Below are positions 1 through 10,079 of a stretch of 64,000 bases of DNA, piece after piece. The notes below the pieces were generated by a model, which saw only the letters and a list, made by a program, of their open reading frames with translations, made no database searches and was not told where the DNA came from. A program made the translations under genes and the position numbers. The stretch comes from a virus. The stretch lies in IMG/VR virus record IMGVR_UViG_3300043470_000815. The stretch is one strand, 5' to 3'. Within the stretch, counting starts at the first letter, position 1. The number at the start of each line of letters is the position of its first letter.

Positions 1-162
1 CCAATCTCCATATTCCCTATACCGATAATCTATATAAAATCCGTATTTTTTAGGTAAGACATTAAGCATTTCCAAATCTTTTTCATCTTCAATATTCAAT
101 AAAGTTTGAACCCAATCAACTATACGTTGGGAACGGTTATTAGAATTACAAAGTATCATAAA

Positions 163-567
163 TTATTTAAGTTTTTCAATAAGTGAATAATATTCATCAA
201 CATTCGGGGTTGGGAGTGTATCGTAGTATTCTTTTTCAATAAATCGCAATTCGGAAACAATATACTTTACAATTGCAGTATCATAATGATATTCTACGGC
301 AGATTTATCAGTACCTAACCAATAATTATATCCTTTTACAATATACCCAAACCGCCAGCAACTTGCGGGATGAATCGCTAATAAAAATTTTGCAGTTTGG
401 AACGGTGTAAAATCGGGTGGTAAGTTATTTAAAATAATTTTTAAACAATCTTCGTTTAAGAATGGATTATAACCATCCAACCGTAAAATAATTGCCAAAT
501 CATTCCAAATATCATCTGTTTTTGGATACCAGCCTTTAGCGTATAAAAGTAAGTGTTTCAGTTTCAT
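163..567 (-). CDS. hypothetical protein
   Basis: 134-aa ORF in minus-strand run; no family recognised. Confidence 0.7.
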   Translation of the reverse strand: MKLKHLLLYAKGWYPKTDDIWNDLAIILRLDGYNPFLNEDCLKIILNNLPPDFTPFQTAKFLLAIHPASCWRFGYIVKGYNYWLGTDKSAVEYHYDTAIVKYIVSELRFIEKEYYDTLPTPNVDEYYSLIEKLK

Positions 568-609
568 AAATTAAATCTGCGATTTAATAGGTTAATAAAA
601 TAGAATATT

Positions 610-825
610 TTATTTTTTATCATTTAAAGTCATTGAAAAATAATTTTCCAACAACGTGTGAATTGATATAAATCCATAACAAAGTACGAACATTATTCCC
701 GCTTCCCAATAAATCTGACCTTTACCAGTTAAATGATATGCCATCCAAGAAATAGTAAAATAAACGCCTGATAATAATCCAAATATTATAAGTGGTGTAA
801 TTGATAATGATAGTATTTTTTTCAT
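610..825 (-). CDS. small membrane protein
   Basis: two hydrophobic segments; directly downstream of promoter at 853-893. Confidence 0.65.
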   Translation of the reverse strand: MKKILSLSITPLIIFGLLSGVYFTISWMAYHLTGKGQIYWEAGIMFVLCYGFISIHTLLENYFSMTLNDKK

Positions 826-852
826 AAAAAGTTAAATTAGTAATTAATAGTA

Positions 853-893
853 CAAAGATACATGGGTTGGGTGGTTTATGCAATACCATTAAC
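853..893 (-). promoter_or_regulatory. Bacteroidota sigma70-type promoter
   Basis: minus strand GTTAATG-gta-TTG-N20-TATCTTTG matches -33 TTG / -7 TAnnTTTG. Confidence 0.8.
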
Positions 894-1101
894 ATTTTAT
901 TAATGATTTAACTTTTAAAAAACGTCGAATTACTTTTTCAACCGTATAGGGCCGCAAATTTCATTATAATATTTTACGGCTTCTATGTATGTCCAAAAAC
1001 GGTGTACTTCAAAATGATCTTCGCCATTTTCGGTATAAGCATAATCCCAAATTTTCCATTGATTATTGTCGGGATTAAATTGTGGTTCATGTGTTTTCAT
1101 A

Positions 1102-1733
1102 CTAATGATGGTCTATTTCGTTATAATATTGTCGGTCTTTTAGCAATTCAATCACGTCAGTCAATTTATATGGCTTTAGATCATTTCCATCCACCCCAAT
1201 ATCCATTTGACGACCATTACCAAAACGATTATCACCCTGCCAATGTTGATGACCATGAAGTTGGTATGTGCCTTTACGGATTTCATTCCATGATGAAATT
1301 TTAAAATGAAACAGTACGAGTTTTACTTTTTCGATTTCAATTTCAAGATACTTTTGACGTGACGCGAACAAGTGATCCCATTTTCCTTTTTCTTGATGTG
1401 GATCGTGATTCCCGGTAATAAGATGTATTTCCTTAACATTCAACATGTTACGAAATATTTCAATGTTTTGCTCACCCGCGAACGACCAATCCCCCAAGTG
1501 AAATAAAATTCCATCGTCAGGGATTAAAGTGTTAAAATTGTCTGCCATTTTTTGGGTCATTTCAAGCGGCGTATCAAAATCCCTAATTTTTAAGTCATTG
1601 CCGTTAATTGACCATTCGGTTGTACCACGCGTGATGTTTTTATGGAACGCATGTGTCAAGTGTCCGAGGTAATCCATACTCTTTCTAAAAGAGATTTACT
1701 GGACACCCCGGACATAATAGTGTTTTTTGTCAT
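1102..1733 (-). pseudogene. calcineurin-like metallophosphoesterase, frameshifted near the N-terminus
   Basis: main ORF 1102-1677 has LGD, GNHD, HGHQH motifs; the first motif (RVWITSDT) is in another frame starting at ATG 1733 and ends at TGA 1656-1658. Confidence 0.7.
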
Positions 1734-1746
1734 TTTAATTTAATAT

Positions 1747-2193
1747 TTAAAACTCGTTATTATTATAAATTGATGTTCTCGGTTTAGGTAAAAATTTCAT
1801 ACCACAATTTGGATAGTTTTTTCGGTATTCTGCCAAAAATTTTGTTGCTTTTTTTATACCATTTGACTGTTTGTATTCATCATCAGTATCACCATCAAAT
1901 TCAAAAACTTTACCAATATCTTCGGGATTTATAGATTCATCATCATAAACCATTACATAAGACTGTGTTGGAAATTTACCAGTTTCTAAAAATTCGATAA
2001 ATCTCCACCCATGTCGTTGAATACAATGTTCACCGTTCCACCACATACGAAACTTTTTAAGTTTACCATTTTCAACAAAACAAATATCAACAATTTCCTT
2101 TGTATAAGTAAACCAAATTTTAGTTTCGTCAAAGTTTGTAACAAATGTTTTGAATGCTTTTTCAAAAGCAGGTTTAGTTCGGTAATCTTTCAT
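1747..2193 (-). CDS. hypothetical protein
   Basis: 148-aa ORF in operon-like run. Confidence 0.7.
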   Translation of the reverse strand: MKDYRTKPAFEKAFKTFVTNFDETKIWFTYTKEIVDICFVENGKLKKFRMWWNGEHCIQRHGWRFIEFLETGKFPTQSYVMVYDDESINPEDIGKVFEFDGDTDDEYKQSNGIKKATKFLAEYRKNYPNCGMKFLPKPRTSIYNNNEF

Positions 2194-2439
2194 TTATAAT
2201 TTATAGTTATCTGTAAGTTGAACATAAACTTCAACGGTAATAAACATAGAGGCACAACTTGTATCACCAACCGTATAAATATTTGCTGGTTTATAGTTGT
2301 TTTTATGGGTTGGTTGGGTAGTTGTTAAAAAACTAATTTTACCCGATTTATTAGCATAACTATTAAACGCAGTGTCTAGTTTAGTAATATCACCACCCAT
2401 CTTTAAATAGGTATCCAAACTTATTTTAATTTTTTCCAT
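2194..2439 (-). CDS. hypothetical protein
   Basis: 81-aa ORF abutting neighbours. Confidence 0.6.
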   Translation of the reverse strand: MEKIKISLDTYLKMGGDITKLDTAFNSYANKSGKISFLTTTQPTHKNNYKPANIYTVGDTSCASMFITVEVYVQLTDNYKL

Positions 2440-2442
2440 GAT

Positions 2443-2784
2443 TTAATATTTTTCAATGTTTACTAATCCTAAATCTCGAAAATCGGATTTTAATCCTAGT
2501 TCATTAGGCAATTTACCACAATAATCTTCAAACATATATATGATTTCCAATGCTTTTGAATCATCAATGGGTACACCATCCACCCGCCAACCACCATCGT
2601 CAATTGTAGTAATATTTACAGAACTGTTACTACCTGTGAAAATAGAAATGTTTAAAATACCAGCATCGTAGTCATAAACACCTTTAAAATCACCTGTTAA
2701 AAAAACTGCTTGATAAATATCTCCATGCGTTTTTTTAAATTTAGATGATTCTTTTAATATTGCGTGTAATTCGCGTATTGTCAT
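2443..2784 (-). CDS. hypothetical protein
   Basis: 113-aa ORF behind promoter 2827-2867. Confidence 0.7.
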   Translation of the reverse strand: MTIRELHAILKESSKFKKTHGDIYQAVFLTGDFKGVYDYDAGILNISIFTGSNSSVNITTIDDGGWRVDGVPIDDSKALEIIYMFEDYCGKLPNELGLKSDFRDLGLVNIEKY

Positions 2785-2826
2785 ATTTTTTTAATAAAAT
2801 TTTAATTTTATCTTTTAATTATACTG

Positions 2827-2867
2827 CAAAGATAGGTAGGTGGGGTGGAATGTACAACCCCATTAAC
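2827..2867 (-). promoter_or_regulatory. Bacteroidota sigma70-type promoter
   Basis: GTTAATG..TTG-N20-TATCTTTG on minus strand. Confidence 0.8.
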
Positions 2868-3309
2868 ATTTTGTTATCAAATTTAAGGCTTTAAACAATC
2901 CAACCTCCAGTGCTTGTTCAAATGTTATAAATCCTTGAAATTCACCAATTAATTGAATCTGTTCATCGTCATAAGTCTGACCATCGTGGATATTTTTTGC
3001 ATCAAATTTATCAATATTATACAAATAACCCAATTTTTCTTTGCGATTGTAGAAGTTTACAGTAACATAAACTTCGATATTATGTTCATCCCTAAGCCAT
3101 TTTTGAAGTATAACTTGTGATGGAGCAGAGATCATTGGAAATTTTAATTTACCTAACCCGTTTTCAATTTCAGAATTACACCATTCATCTTCGTAATGGC
3201 GACTTAATTCACAATGTTCAACATCATAATAAAAGGCAGAATTTTCATTAAAACCTTTAGTCTTTGCTAGGTTGGCAGTTTGATATTTTACAATTTCTTG
3301 AGTAACCAT
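2863..3309 (-). CDS. conserved phage hypothetical protein
   Basis: LAKxKGF and APSQxxLQKWLRDEHNIEV motifs recur in Bacteroidota phage proteins (recall). Confidence 0.7.
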   Translation of the reverse strand: MVTQEIVKYQTANLAKTKGFNENSAFYYDVEHCELSRHYEDEWCNSEIENGLGKLKFPMISAPSQVILQKWLRDEHNIEVYVTVNFYNRKEKLGYLYNIDKFDAKNIHDGQTYDDEQIQLIGEFQGFITFEQALEVGLFKALNLITKC

Positions 3310-3323
3310 ATCTTTTCAAATTT

Positions 3324-3593
3324 TTAATAATCCCATTCGGAATCGTTGATTCGATAACCATTTTCGCGAAGTAATGATACAAGTTCAACAGCACATTTTG
3401 GACACAATTCCATTTGTTGTAGATCACCTCCCCCACATTCGGGAAATGCCTCGCCTGTTTTATGTTTAAATTCGCAATTAAACGCATCATAACTGTCTAT
3501 GTGTATTTTATTATTACATTTGTCGCAAAGTGTATAACTTTCAATAGTTACTTCCACTTCTTTTAATTGCGTTTCGGTTTTTATTATTTGCAT
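3324..3593 (-). CDS. hypothetical Zn-binding protein
   Basis: two CxxC pairs (CDKC, CPKC). Confidence 0.6.
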   Translation of the reverse strand: MQIIKTETQLKEVEVTIESYTLCDKCNNKIHIDSYDAFNCEFKHKTGEAFPECGGGDLQQMELCPKCAVELVSLLRENGYRINDSEWDY

Positions 3594-3598
3594 ATATT

Positions 3599-4645
3599 TT
3601 AAATCTTTTCAAATTTAGGTTTAATCAAGTTCCAAATTAACTTATCGGTCAATTCGGTGTTATTATCGTATTTCGCGAATAGAATTTTTGGATAAATTTT
3701 AATAAAATATATTTTACTACATTCATTTACAAATTTTGCAAATTCCTTTCGGGTGGTTGTTTCATGTTTTTGAAATAAATAATCATAATACGAATTAATA
3801 TCCCTAAACCATAATTTCAAATTATTTTCATACTGTTTAATTTTATCATAAAATTCATCAGGTACATCATTCAATATCGAAGAGACTGGTTTACCATCCC
3901 GTAACGCTTCCCAAACCGCCGTAGTTGAAAGATTAGTCATTTGCCGATGTAACCGTACATAATCTGCAAATTTGATCTTACACCGATTACCATTAGCAAA
4001 TTTAACGACAAATCCTTCGTGGTTTTGCCAGTTTAAAGATTTCAAATCTGAATAAGATGTATAAGGATATTTTTTTACATAATTTAACCCATATTGTAGG
4101 GTATAATCAGCAAGTCCGTCAAAGTATTCGATTTTACCTGTTGGGTGGAAAATTCCAGTTAAAATTAGGTCGGGTTGCTCATATTTAACAACAATTTGTT
4201 CAAATCCTACCAATTCAAAACAATATGTTAATAATTTGGCCCGACAATTTAGTGCAAAATCCTTATATTTTTCAAACAATATTCTTTTAGCCTCAACCGC
4301 GTAAGGTGAAGTAAATGAGCCACGCGAATTTACAACCAATTCATTATTATACCAAAAAATTCCGATGTACTGTCCGTCTAATTTGGAATAGACTTCAAAC
4401 TGGTCGGTTGGAGTGTGTCGATTTTCTTCCAAGTTAAAGAATTTTTTGAATCCCTTGGAAATGATATTACCTTCATAATCTGTAACCAGTCCACGACATT
4501 CAATTAATAATGGATATTCGTCCCACAAATTTTCATATTGAACTTTGGCAGTATAATTCCAAATGTGTAAGGATAAGGTTGGGTGGGATTGAACCGTAAC
4601 TAACCCATCCTGTAAATATTGCTTTAGTATTTGTTTATTTATCAT
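3599..4645 (-). CDS. T4 Rnl1-like RNA ligase
   Basis: ECRGLV, motif I SKLDG, SRGSF, FELVG, EGFVV, KIKFADYVRLH. Confidence 0.9.
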   Translation of the reverse strand: MINKQILKQYLQDGLVTVQSHPTLSLHIWNYTAKVQYENLWDEYPLLIECRGLVTDYEGNIISKGFKKFFNLEENRHTPTDQFEVYSKLDGQYIGIFWYNNELVVNSRGSFTSPYAVEAKRILFEKYKDFALNCRAKLLTYCFELVGFEQIVVKYEQPDLILTGIFHPTGKIEYFDGLADYTLQYGLNYVKKYPYTSYSDLKSLNWQNHEGFVVKFANGNRCKIKFADYVRLHRQMTNLSTTAVWEALRDGKPVSSILNDVPDEFYDKIKQYENNLKLWFRDINSYYDYLFQKHETTTRKEFAKFVNECSKIYFIKIYPKILFAKYDNNTELTDKLIWNLIKPKFEKI

Positions 4646-4874
4646 TTTATTTTATATTTTTTTCACGAATAAAATATTATTTTATTTCTAATTGTTTAAC
4701 TTGATTCATTATTTTATCAGTAAGTTCTTTCATTTCCGAAACTCGAATAGAATCTTCTTTAAATGTATCTTCAACTGCTTTCAATGCACATCTACATAAC
4801 CAATCTATATCAGTGTGAAATTCTGAATAATCAGTATATTTGAATTTTAGTTTAAATTTTTTCTTTTTCATAAT

Positions 4875-5135
4875 TTAGCAATTTATAACAGATATAGTTA
4901 AAATGTGTTTACCGTTATATTTGGTACATGTGAACAATCTACGTGGAATCTTTTTCATCACTTTTTCGGTTAGTCGGAGTGATGATAATTTAGTAGAACC
5001 TTCATCAATTACCGAAACCCAATTTCCACGAATTTTACTTGGTTGAATAAAATCACGTGCTTCGCGATAGGTTGGGAAAAACCAATTGTTGACTTGACCG
5101 CTTGCTGGAATAAATTCGGTTACGAAATATGTCAT
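4875..5135 (-). CDS. hypothetical protein, tandem paralog 1 of 3
   Basis: shares WFFPTY..AR.FIQPSKIRGNWVSVIDE and TKYNGKHILTIS with 5132-5398. Confidence 0.75.
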   Translation of the reverse strand: MTYFVTEFIPASGQVNNWFFPTYREARDFIQPSKIRGNWVSVIDEGSTKLSSLRLTEKVMKKIPRRLFTCTKYNGKHILTISVINC

Positions 5136-5398
5136 AATTTAATAGTAGATATAGTTAAAATATGTTTACCGTTATATTTAGTAAACGTGGTCAATCTATA
5201 CGAATGACCTTTCCACCGTTCAATAGTTTCAATGGGTGGATGTTGATGATTAATATATGATTTTTCATCAATTACCGAAACCCAATTTCCACGAATTTTA
5301 CTTGGTTGAATAAACCTTCGAGCAGATAGGTAGGTTGGAAAAAACCATGTATTTACTTGGTTGGTATGTGTATTCAATTCAGTAACAAAATAAATCAT
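5132..5398 (-). CDS. hypothetical protein, tandem paralog 2 of 3
   Basis: near-identical blocks with 4875-5135. Confidence 0.75.
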   Translation of the reverse strand: MIYFVTELNTHTNQVNTWFFPTYLSARRFIQPSKIRGNWVSVIDEKSYINHQHPPIETIERWKGHSYRLTTFTKYNGKHILTISTIKL

Positions 5399-5401
5399 AA
5401 A

Positions 5402-5674
5402 TTATTTATTATTTACGTGAATGGTTATGATTGTGTCAATATCTGTAAACATTGCAACTTGGAATGCCCATTGACTCGCAGACTTTGGAACAACTTTTAC
5501 CAAAACTTCTTTAGGTTGATGTGGAAATTTCTTTACCAACTTAACATCACCTCCCACCCATTTTCCTTTATTCGGAAAACCATTAATAGAACGACGGGCA
5601 GATAGGTAGGTTGGGTGAACCGTTATGAAACTGTGATTCAATCGTGTGTTGAAATTTGATACGATGTATTGCAT
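5402..5674 (-). CDS. hypothetical protein, tandem paralog 3 of 3 (diverged)
   Basis: PTYLSARR and ITIH similarity to 5132-5398. Confidence 0.7.
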   Translation of the reverse strand: MQYIVSNFNTRLNHSFITVHPTYLSARRSINGFPNKGKWVGGDVKLVKKFPHQPKEVLVKVVPKSASQWAFQVAMFTDIDTIITIHVNNK

Positions 5675-5734
5675 TTTATTTATTAATTTTTATCAAGAAA
5701 ACCTGATATGTGTGAATAATTATTATTAATAATA

Positions 5735-5775
5735 CAAAGATACAGTGGTTGGGAGGGTTAAACAAGACCGTTAAC
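5735..5775 (-). promoter_or_regulatory. Bacteroidota sigma70-type promoter
   Basis: GTTAAC..TTG-N20-TATCTTTG. Confidence 0.75.
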
Positions 5776-6211
5776 AAATCATTTAGGTTTTGTATAATTT
5801 TCACAATATTCCATTGCGGCTTCTAGTGTTTGAAATCGTAGATCATCCTGCAATGTATTGTATCTAAAATCATTTTCACCTTCCATCAAAACGTAATATC
5901 TACCTTCAACGCCAGCGATTTCAAACTGGATTTTATTTTTTCGGCCATACCAGCGTGGATTAGACCAGCGTTCAGTTTTTTTAGTAAATTTCATAAATTT
6001 TTAATTAGGTACAAGTACATATTTAATAGAATCTTTTTGGAATGACCCACCCTGCCTGTGATGATCGAAAAATCCATTCATCACGAATGCAAAATCTTCG
6101 CTTAATACACCATCTTTAAATACCAAAACTAATGTTTTACCCATTTCAAGATACATTCCTTTTTTACGGCGTTTCCAAAATAGATCAACCGAAATCATTT
6201 TATATGTCATA

Positions 6212-6535
6212 TTATTTTATATTTAATTCAATTTCCATTTCTAAAGTGTCTGCATTATACCAACACGACGCAATTAAAATTCCCGGATTAAAACCACCCG
6301 ATGTTTCAAAATTCAAAAAAACAGTTCCCCAATATTTATTAGGGTTATGTGCTAGTTGACGAAATCCCACGAAATTAAGTGATACGTTGGATATAAAGTT
6401 TCCAAAACACCCAACCTGATCCATAATATCAGAGTGTTGGATGGTTGGTTGACCACTACCATTATAGGTTATTTTTACTTCAATATTATTGAATAGTGCG
6501 GAAATGGCCTTTTCAAGATCGGTGAAATTTATCAT
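6212..6535 (-). CDS. hypothetical protein, paralog of 6541-6867
   Basis: shared INFTDL, IQHxDIMxQVGCFGN, WGTVxLNxE, SCWYN. Confidence 0.75.
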   Translation of the reverse strand: MINFTDLEKAISALFNNIEVKITYNGSGQPTIQHSDIMDQVGCFGNFISNVSLNFVGFRQLAHNPNKYWGTVFLNFETSGGFNPGILIASCWYNADTLEMEIELNIK

Positions 6536-6540
6536 ATAAT

Positions 6541-6867
6541 TTATTTTTTAGTAGGTTCGATTTTCCATTGACCATTATTATACCAACATGATAAAATTTG
6601 CATTCCATTTGATCCACCACCAAACGATTCATAATTCAGATAAACAGTTCCCCAAAAATTATTATTGTCACCTGATGGACGACTATAATTGAAAAAATCA
6701 ATTGACGCGTTGGCAATAACGTTACCAAAACAACCAACCTGATTCATTATATCGGCGTGTTGGATGATTGGACGACCATGTTCATTAACGGCGATTTGCA
6801 CGTCGATATTATTGAATATTTCAGAAATCTCGGTTTGGAGGTCAGTGAAATTAATTTGATTTGTCAT
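6541..6867 (-). CDS. hypothetical protein, paralog of 6212-6535
   Basis: as above; first gene after promoter 6933-6984. Confidence 0.75.
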   Translation of the reverse strand: MTNQINFTDLQTEISEIFNNIDVQIAVNEHGRPIIQHADIMNQVGCFGNVIANASIDFFNYSRPSGDNNNFWGTVYLNYESFGGGSNGMQILSCWYNNGQWKIEPTKK

Positions 6868-6932
6868 ATATAAAATTTTAAATTTTATTTTTGTGTGTTT
6901 AAAATTTAAATGATTAGTTATTAATTATACCA

Positions 6933-6984
6933 CAAAGATACACCCACTCAAACAGTTCCACAAGTCCATTAACTAACTGTTAAC
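6933..6984 (-). promoter_or_regulatory. Bacteroidota sigma70-type promoter
   Basis: GTTAACAGTTAGTTAATGGACTTG-N20-TATCTTTG. Confidence 0.8.
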
Positions 6985-7061
6985 ATATTTATTCAGTACA
7001 TATCAAAAAACCTGATCGTTGGGTAGGAAATGTAATATTTGGAGGTGGGAATATACTTATA

Positions 7062-7577
7062 ATGTATATGGCACGAATGAGTCCCGAAACATATCATCCT
7101 TTATTATCCTTTAGATTCAAGATTATTTTTTCCGTTTTGGAAGGAATTGAATTTTACGGAAAAGCAATAACACTCCCATCAGCGGAAAATAACCCAATAA
7201 CAGTTGAGTATGGAAATACATACGTTAAAGTTAAGGGAAAAACAAGATGGAACGATGTTACAATGACTTGTTATGCGTTTGAAAAGATAACGCATGATAG
7301 GTTATGGCTTTGGTTAAATGACTTACATCAAAAAATAGATGAAGGTAAAGATTATTACGCAGATCAATACAAAAGAGACATTATAATCCATTTAATGAAT
7401 CCAAAAAACGATGAAGTAGTCGGTACATGGAAATTAATTGGTGCATTTATAAATACAATTAATTTTGGTGATTTAGATTTTGCAACGGAAGAGATTGTTC
7501 AACCACAAATAACGATTTCTTATGATTATGCACTGTTTGAACCCAAAAAAACACAACAAACATCAAATTTCGCGTAA
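7062..7577 (+). CDS. tail tube protein (T4 gp19-like)
   Basis: RFKI..LPS..ITVEYGN..KGKTRWNDVT..W..YKRDI..W.LIGAF..FGDLD..ITISYDYA pattern of gp19-family tube proteins. Confidence 0.8.
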   Translation: MYMARMSPETYHPLLSFRFKIIFSVLEGIEFYGKAITLPSAENNPITVEYGNTYVKVKGKTRWNDVTMTCYAFEKITHDRLWLWLNDLHQKIDEGKDYYADQYKRDIIIHLMNPKNDEVVGTWKLIGAFINTINFGDLDFATEEIVQPQITISYDYALFEPKKTQQTSNFA

Positions 7578-7610
7578 TGTGAAATTAGTAAAAATTAAAT
7601 TAAAAATTAA

Positions 7611-8417
7611 ATGAACGAAACAGTAAAAGTTACAAACAACGAAGAACTTATTAATGTTAACAAAACATCACTATTTCCGACCCAAATAGTCGATTTACCA
7701 TCCAAAGGACTGGTGTATGAATTAGATAATCCGCTTTCAAGTGGAACAATCGAAATCAAATACATGACAGCCAAAGAAGAAGACATTTTAACCACCGAAT
7801 CTTATATAAAAAGTGGAATTGTGCTGGATAAATTGCTTCAATCTTTGATTGTTAACCCTGTGGTGGTTAGGGTTTACGACCAACTGGTAACGGGTGACAG
7901 GAATGCGTTGTTAATTGCCGCAAGAAAGTACGGATATGGTGAAAATTACGATTTTGAAACAACTACACCATCAGGAAACAAGCAAAAAGTACATGTAAAT
8001 TTAGATGATTTAGTCGCAAAGGAACTTTTCGATGAAACTATTTTCACTAATCGTAATCGTTTCAGTTTTCAGTTGCCTCGCAGTAAAAATTACCTAGAAT
8101 TTAAGATTTTAACCATCGGTGACGACAAACAAATAACGGAACGGTTGAAAAAATACAAAACATCCAATGGTCGCGATTTACAATTAACGGAACGTTTGAA
8201 TAAAATGATAATCAGTGTGGATGGGAACGAAGACCCGATCTATATACGCAATTTTGTCGATCAAATGTTGGCTTTAGACAGTCGTGCCTTTAGGGAATAT
8301 GTTGCCAAAATTCAACCCAATGTGAACATGGAAATTGATGTCATTGACGAGGAGACGGGAGACTCCTTTCGTACTGGAGTTACCCTCGGATCATCGTTTT
8401 TTTGGCCTGAACTTTGA
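7611..8417 (+). CDS. tail assembly chaperone / baseplate hub subunit (T4 gp26-like)
   Basis: VDLPSKG..IEIKYMTAKEEDIL..GDRNALLIAAR..YG..ALDSRAFR..FFWP pattern; follows tail tube. Confidence 0.7.
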   Translation: MNETVKVTNNEELINVNKTSLFPTQIVDLPSKGLVYELDNPLSSGTIEIKYMTAKEEDILTTESYIKSGIVLDKLLQSLIVNPVVVRVYDQLVTGDRNALLIAARKYGYGENYDFETTTPSGNKQKVHVNLDDLVAKELFDETIFTNRNRFSFQLPRSKNYLEFKILTIGDDKQITERLKKYKTSNGRDLQLTERLNKMIISVDGNEDPIYIRNFVDQMLALDSRAFREYVAKIQPNVNMEIDVIDEETGDSFRTGVTLGSSFFWPEL

Positions 8418-8592
8418 TTATAACCAAAAGGTTTATGAACAAATATTTGATTTGTGTTTTTATGGGCAGGGGGGCTTTCAGTTCAACGATCTAATGGCAA
8501 TGCCTGTAACAGTTCGATCATTTTATTACATGAAATTAGGGGCAATATTGGAAGAACGAAACAAGCAAATAGAAGCGGCGAATAGTAAATGA
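8398..8592 (+). CDS. probable frameshift extension of the tail chaperone (GT-like C-terminal part)
   Basis: +1 frame ORF FFGLNFDYNQKVYEQIFDLCFYGQGGFQFNDLMAMPVTVRSFY overlaps the T7 run at the end of the upstream gene; no suitably placed ATG. Confidence 0.6.
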   Translation, partial: FFGLNFDYNQKVYEQIFDLCFYGQGGFQFNDLMAMPVTVRSFYYMKLGAILEERNKQIEAANSK

Positions 8593-8669
8593 TAAAATTT
8601 ATCATTTTTTTATGATAGATACATATCAATTAACCTACCTAATTTTAAATTTAAATCATTAAAATAATT

Positions 8670-8708
8670 AAGGGACATTGGCGTAAAAACCTTTGTCCCT
8701 TATTTTTT
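8670..8708 (+). terminator. rho-independent terminator between convergent genes
   Basis: AGGGACA..TGTCCCT stem followed by TATTTTTT. Confidence 0.65.
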
Positions 8709-8860
8709 AGTAATTAAAATCCTTTATCAATTCTTATAATATCCACCCAACCAAATTTTTCATAGACTTGATTGATTATGTCTAAGATACTATTTCCTTT
8801 AAAATAAAGATCGACTTCAATGAAGTCTGTATTTTGAATTGTTATTTTATATTGTGTCAT

Positions 8861-9346
8861 TTATTTTTCAATTGTTACAACATTATCAACTACGATTATT
8901 TTACCAGTATCGTCATTTTCTTCACCTTGAAATTCGACTTCACCCGATAACGTTATACCCCAAGGTTTTAAAAAATTGTCAATGATATATGTTAACCATT
9001 CATCATAACAATAAAATTTTTCATTACCATCCCATTCGATTCCCATATTATCTTCGGTTGGAATCCATTGACACCATAAGGATGGTTGGGTACTTGGGGG
9101 GTGGTTATAATTGACAATATCCGATGTTTCAGATTGTCCATAATCTCCGTCATCAAAACAGAAAAATTCACCGTCTAATCCGTATTTACCATTCAAACCA
9201 TGTTGACCATTATATTGGGTCATTAGTATATCAGAATTTCGTTTCATACGACGAGTTCCCGAAAATGTGTGTAGATAAGTACTTTGTTCATCTGTTAATG
9301 GTTTGGACAAATTAAATTGTCCGTCAAATTGTGTTGTGTATCCCAT
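8861..9346 (-). CDS. conserved phage hypothetical protein
   Basis: MGYTTQFDG..QPSLWCQW..WDGNEKFY..GEVEFQGEE, a widespread phage/bacterial family (recall). Confidence 0.75.
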   Translation of the reverse strand: MGYTTQFDGQFNLSKPLTDEQSTYLHTFSGTRRMKRNSDILMTQYNGQHGLNGKYGLDGEFFCFDDGDYGQSETSDIVNYNHPPSTQPSLWCQWIPTEDNMGIEWDGNEKFYCYDEWLTYIIDNFLKPWGITLSGEVEFQGEENDDTGKIIVVDNVVTIEK

Positions 9347-9370
9347 ATTTAAATTTTATATTTTATTTTG

Positions 9371-9718
9371 TTAAACTTTAATAATTTGCGTAACGTTTGG
9401 TTTAATAGTTCCACCCCCACCCCAAGCCATCCATTCCCGTTGACCGACCGCCCATTCAATTGCTTTTTGCAATGTACCTTCGACAGTACCTAAAAATGGT
9501 GCAACATGAGGGCCGTTAAAATCAGGATTAGGGTCTTCGCCATACACATCCCACCTACCAAAATCAGTTAGTTTATGTTTACGCAATAGTTCTTCACCAG
9601 TCCACCGATTCGTGACAAATTTATCAAATCCACTTTGTGCGGTGGGTTGTTTCGATTTAAGAATTTGAATTTCGTTTTCAAGTTCTTTTATTTTATTGGC
9701 AATTAATTCTTTTGTCAA
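9371..9718 (-). CDS. hypothetical protein
   Basis: 115-aa ORF. Confidence 0.7.
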   Translation of the reverse strand: MTKELIANKIKELENEIQILKSKQPTAQSGFDKFVTNRWTGEELLRKHKLTDFGRWDVYGEDPNPDFNGPHVAPFLGTVEGTLQKAIEWAVGQREWMAWGGGGTIKPNVTQIIKV

Positions 9719-9728
9719 ATTGTTAAAT

Positions 9729-10079
9729 TTATTTATTAAGAAAAAGGGATGGATTTTTAGTATGTATCAATAAATCCAAATGAATATTATGTTTTATTAA
9801 AATATCCAATTGTTCGTCGGTCATTACATCAACTGCTTTTAATAACATTTCTGTTATGTCATTAATATCGTAACAATTAATATTATTATAATATTCAACT
9901 TCACCGTCGGGTTGGATATAATTGTCAAAATTAAATTCTTCGATACATGGATTGTTAGTATTTAACCATGTAATAAATAAACACCGATTATTATTATTTC
10001 TAATACCAAGTACAATATTTACATCATTATCAAAATAATGCACATCTAAATAAACTTGTGTTGAGTATATATTATTCAT
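9729..10079 (-). CDS. hypothetical protein
   Basis: 116-aa ORF. Confidence 0.65.
   Translation of the reverse strand: MNNIYSTQVYLDVHYFDNDVNIVLGIRNNNNRCLFITWLNTNNPCIEEFNFDNYIQPDGEVEYYNNINCYDINDITEMLLKAVDVMTDEQLDILIKHNIHLDLLIHTKNPSLFLNK

Noticed and set aside
8335-8397. Independent start MMSLTRRR for the 85-aa plus-strand ORF
   Set aside because: The N-terminal 20 codons overlap the conserved end of the upstream gene and look like shadow sequence; the plausible conserved part begins at the T-run
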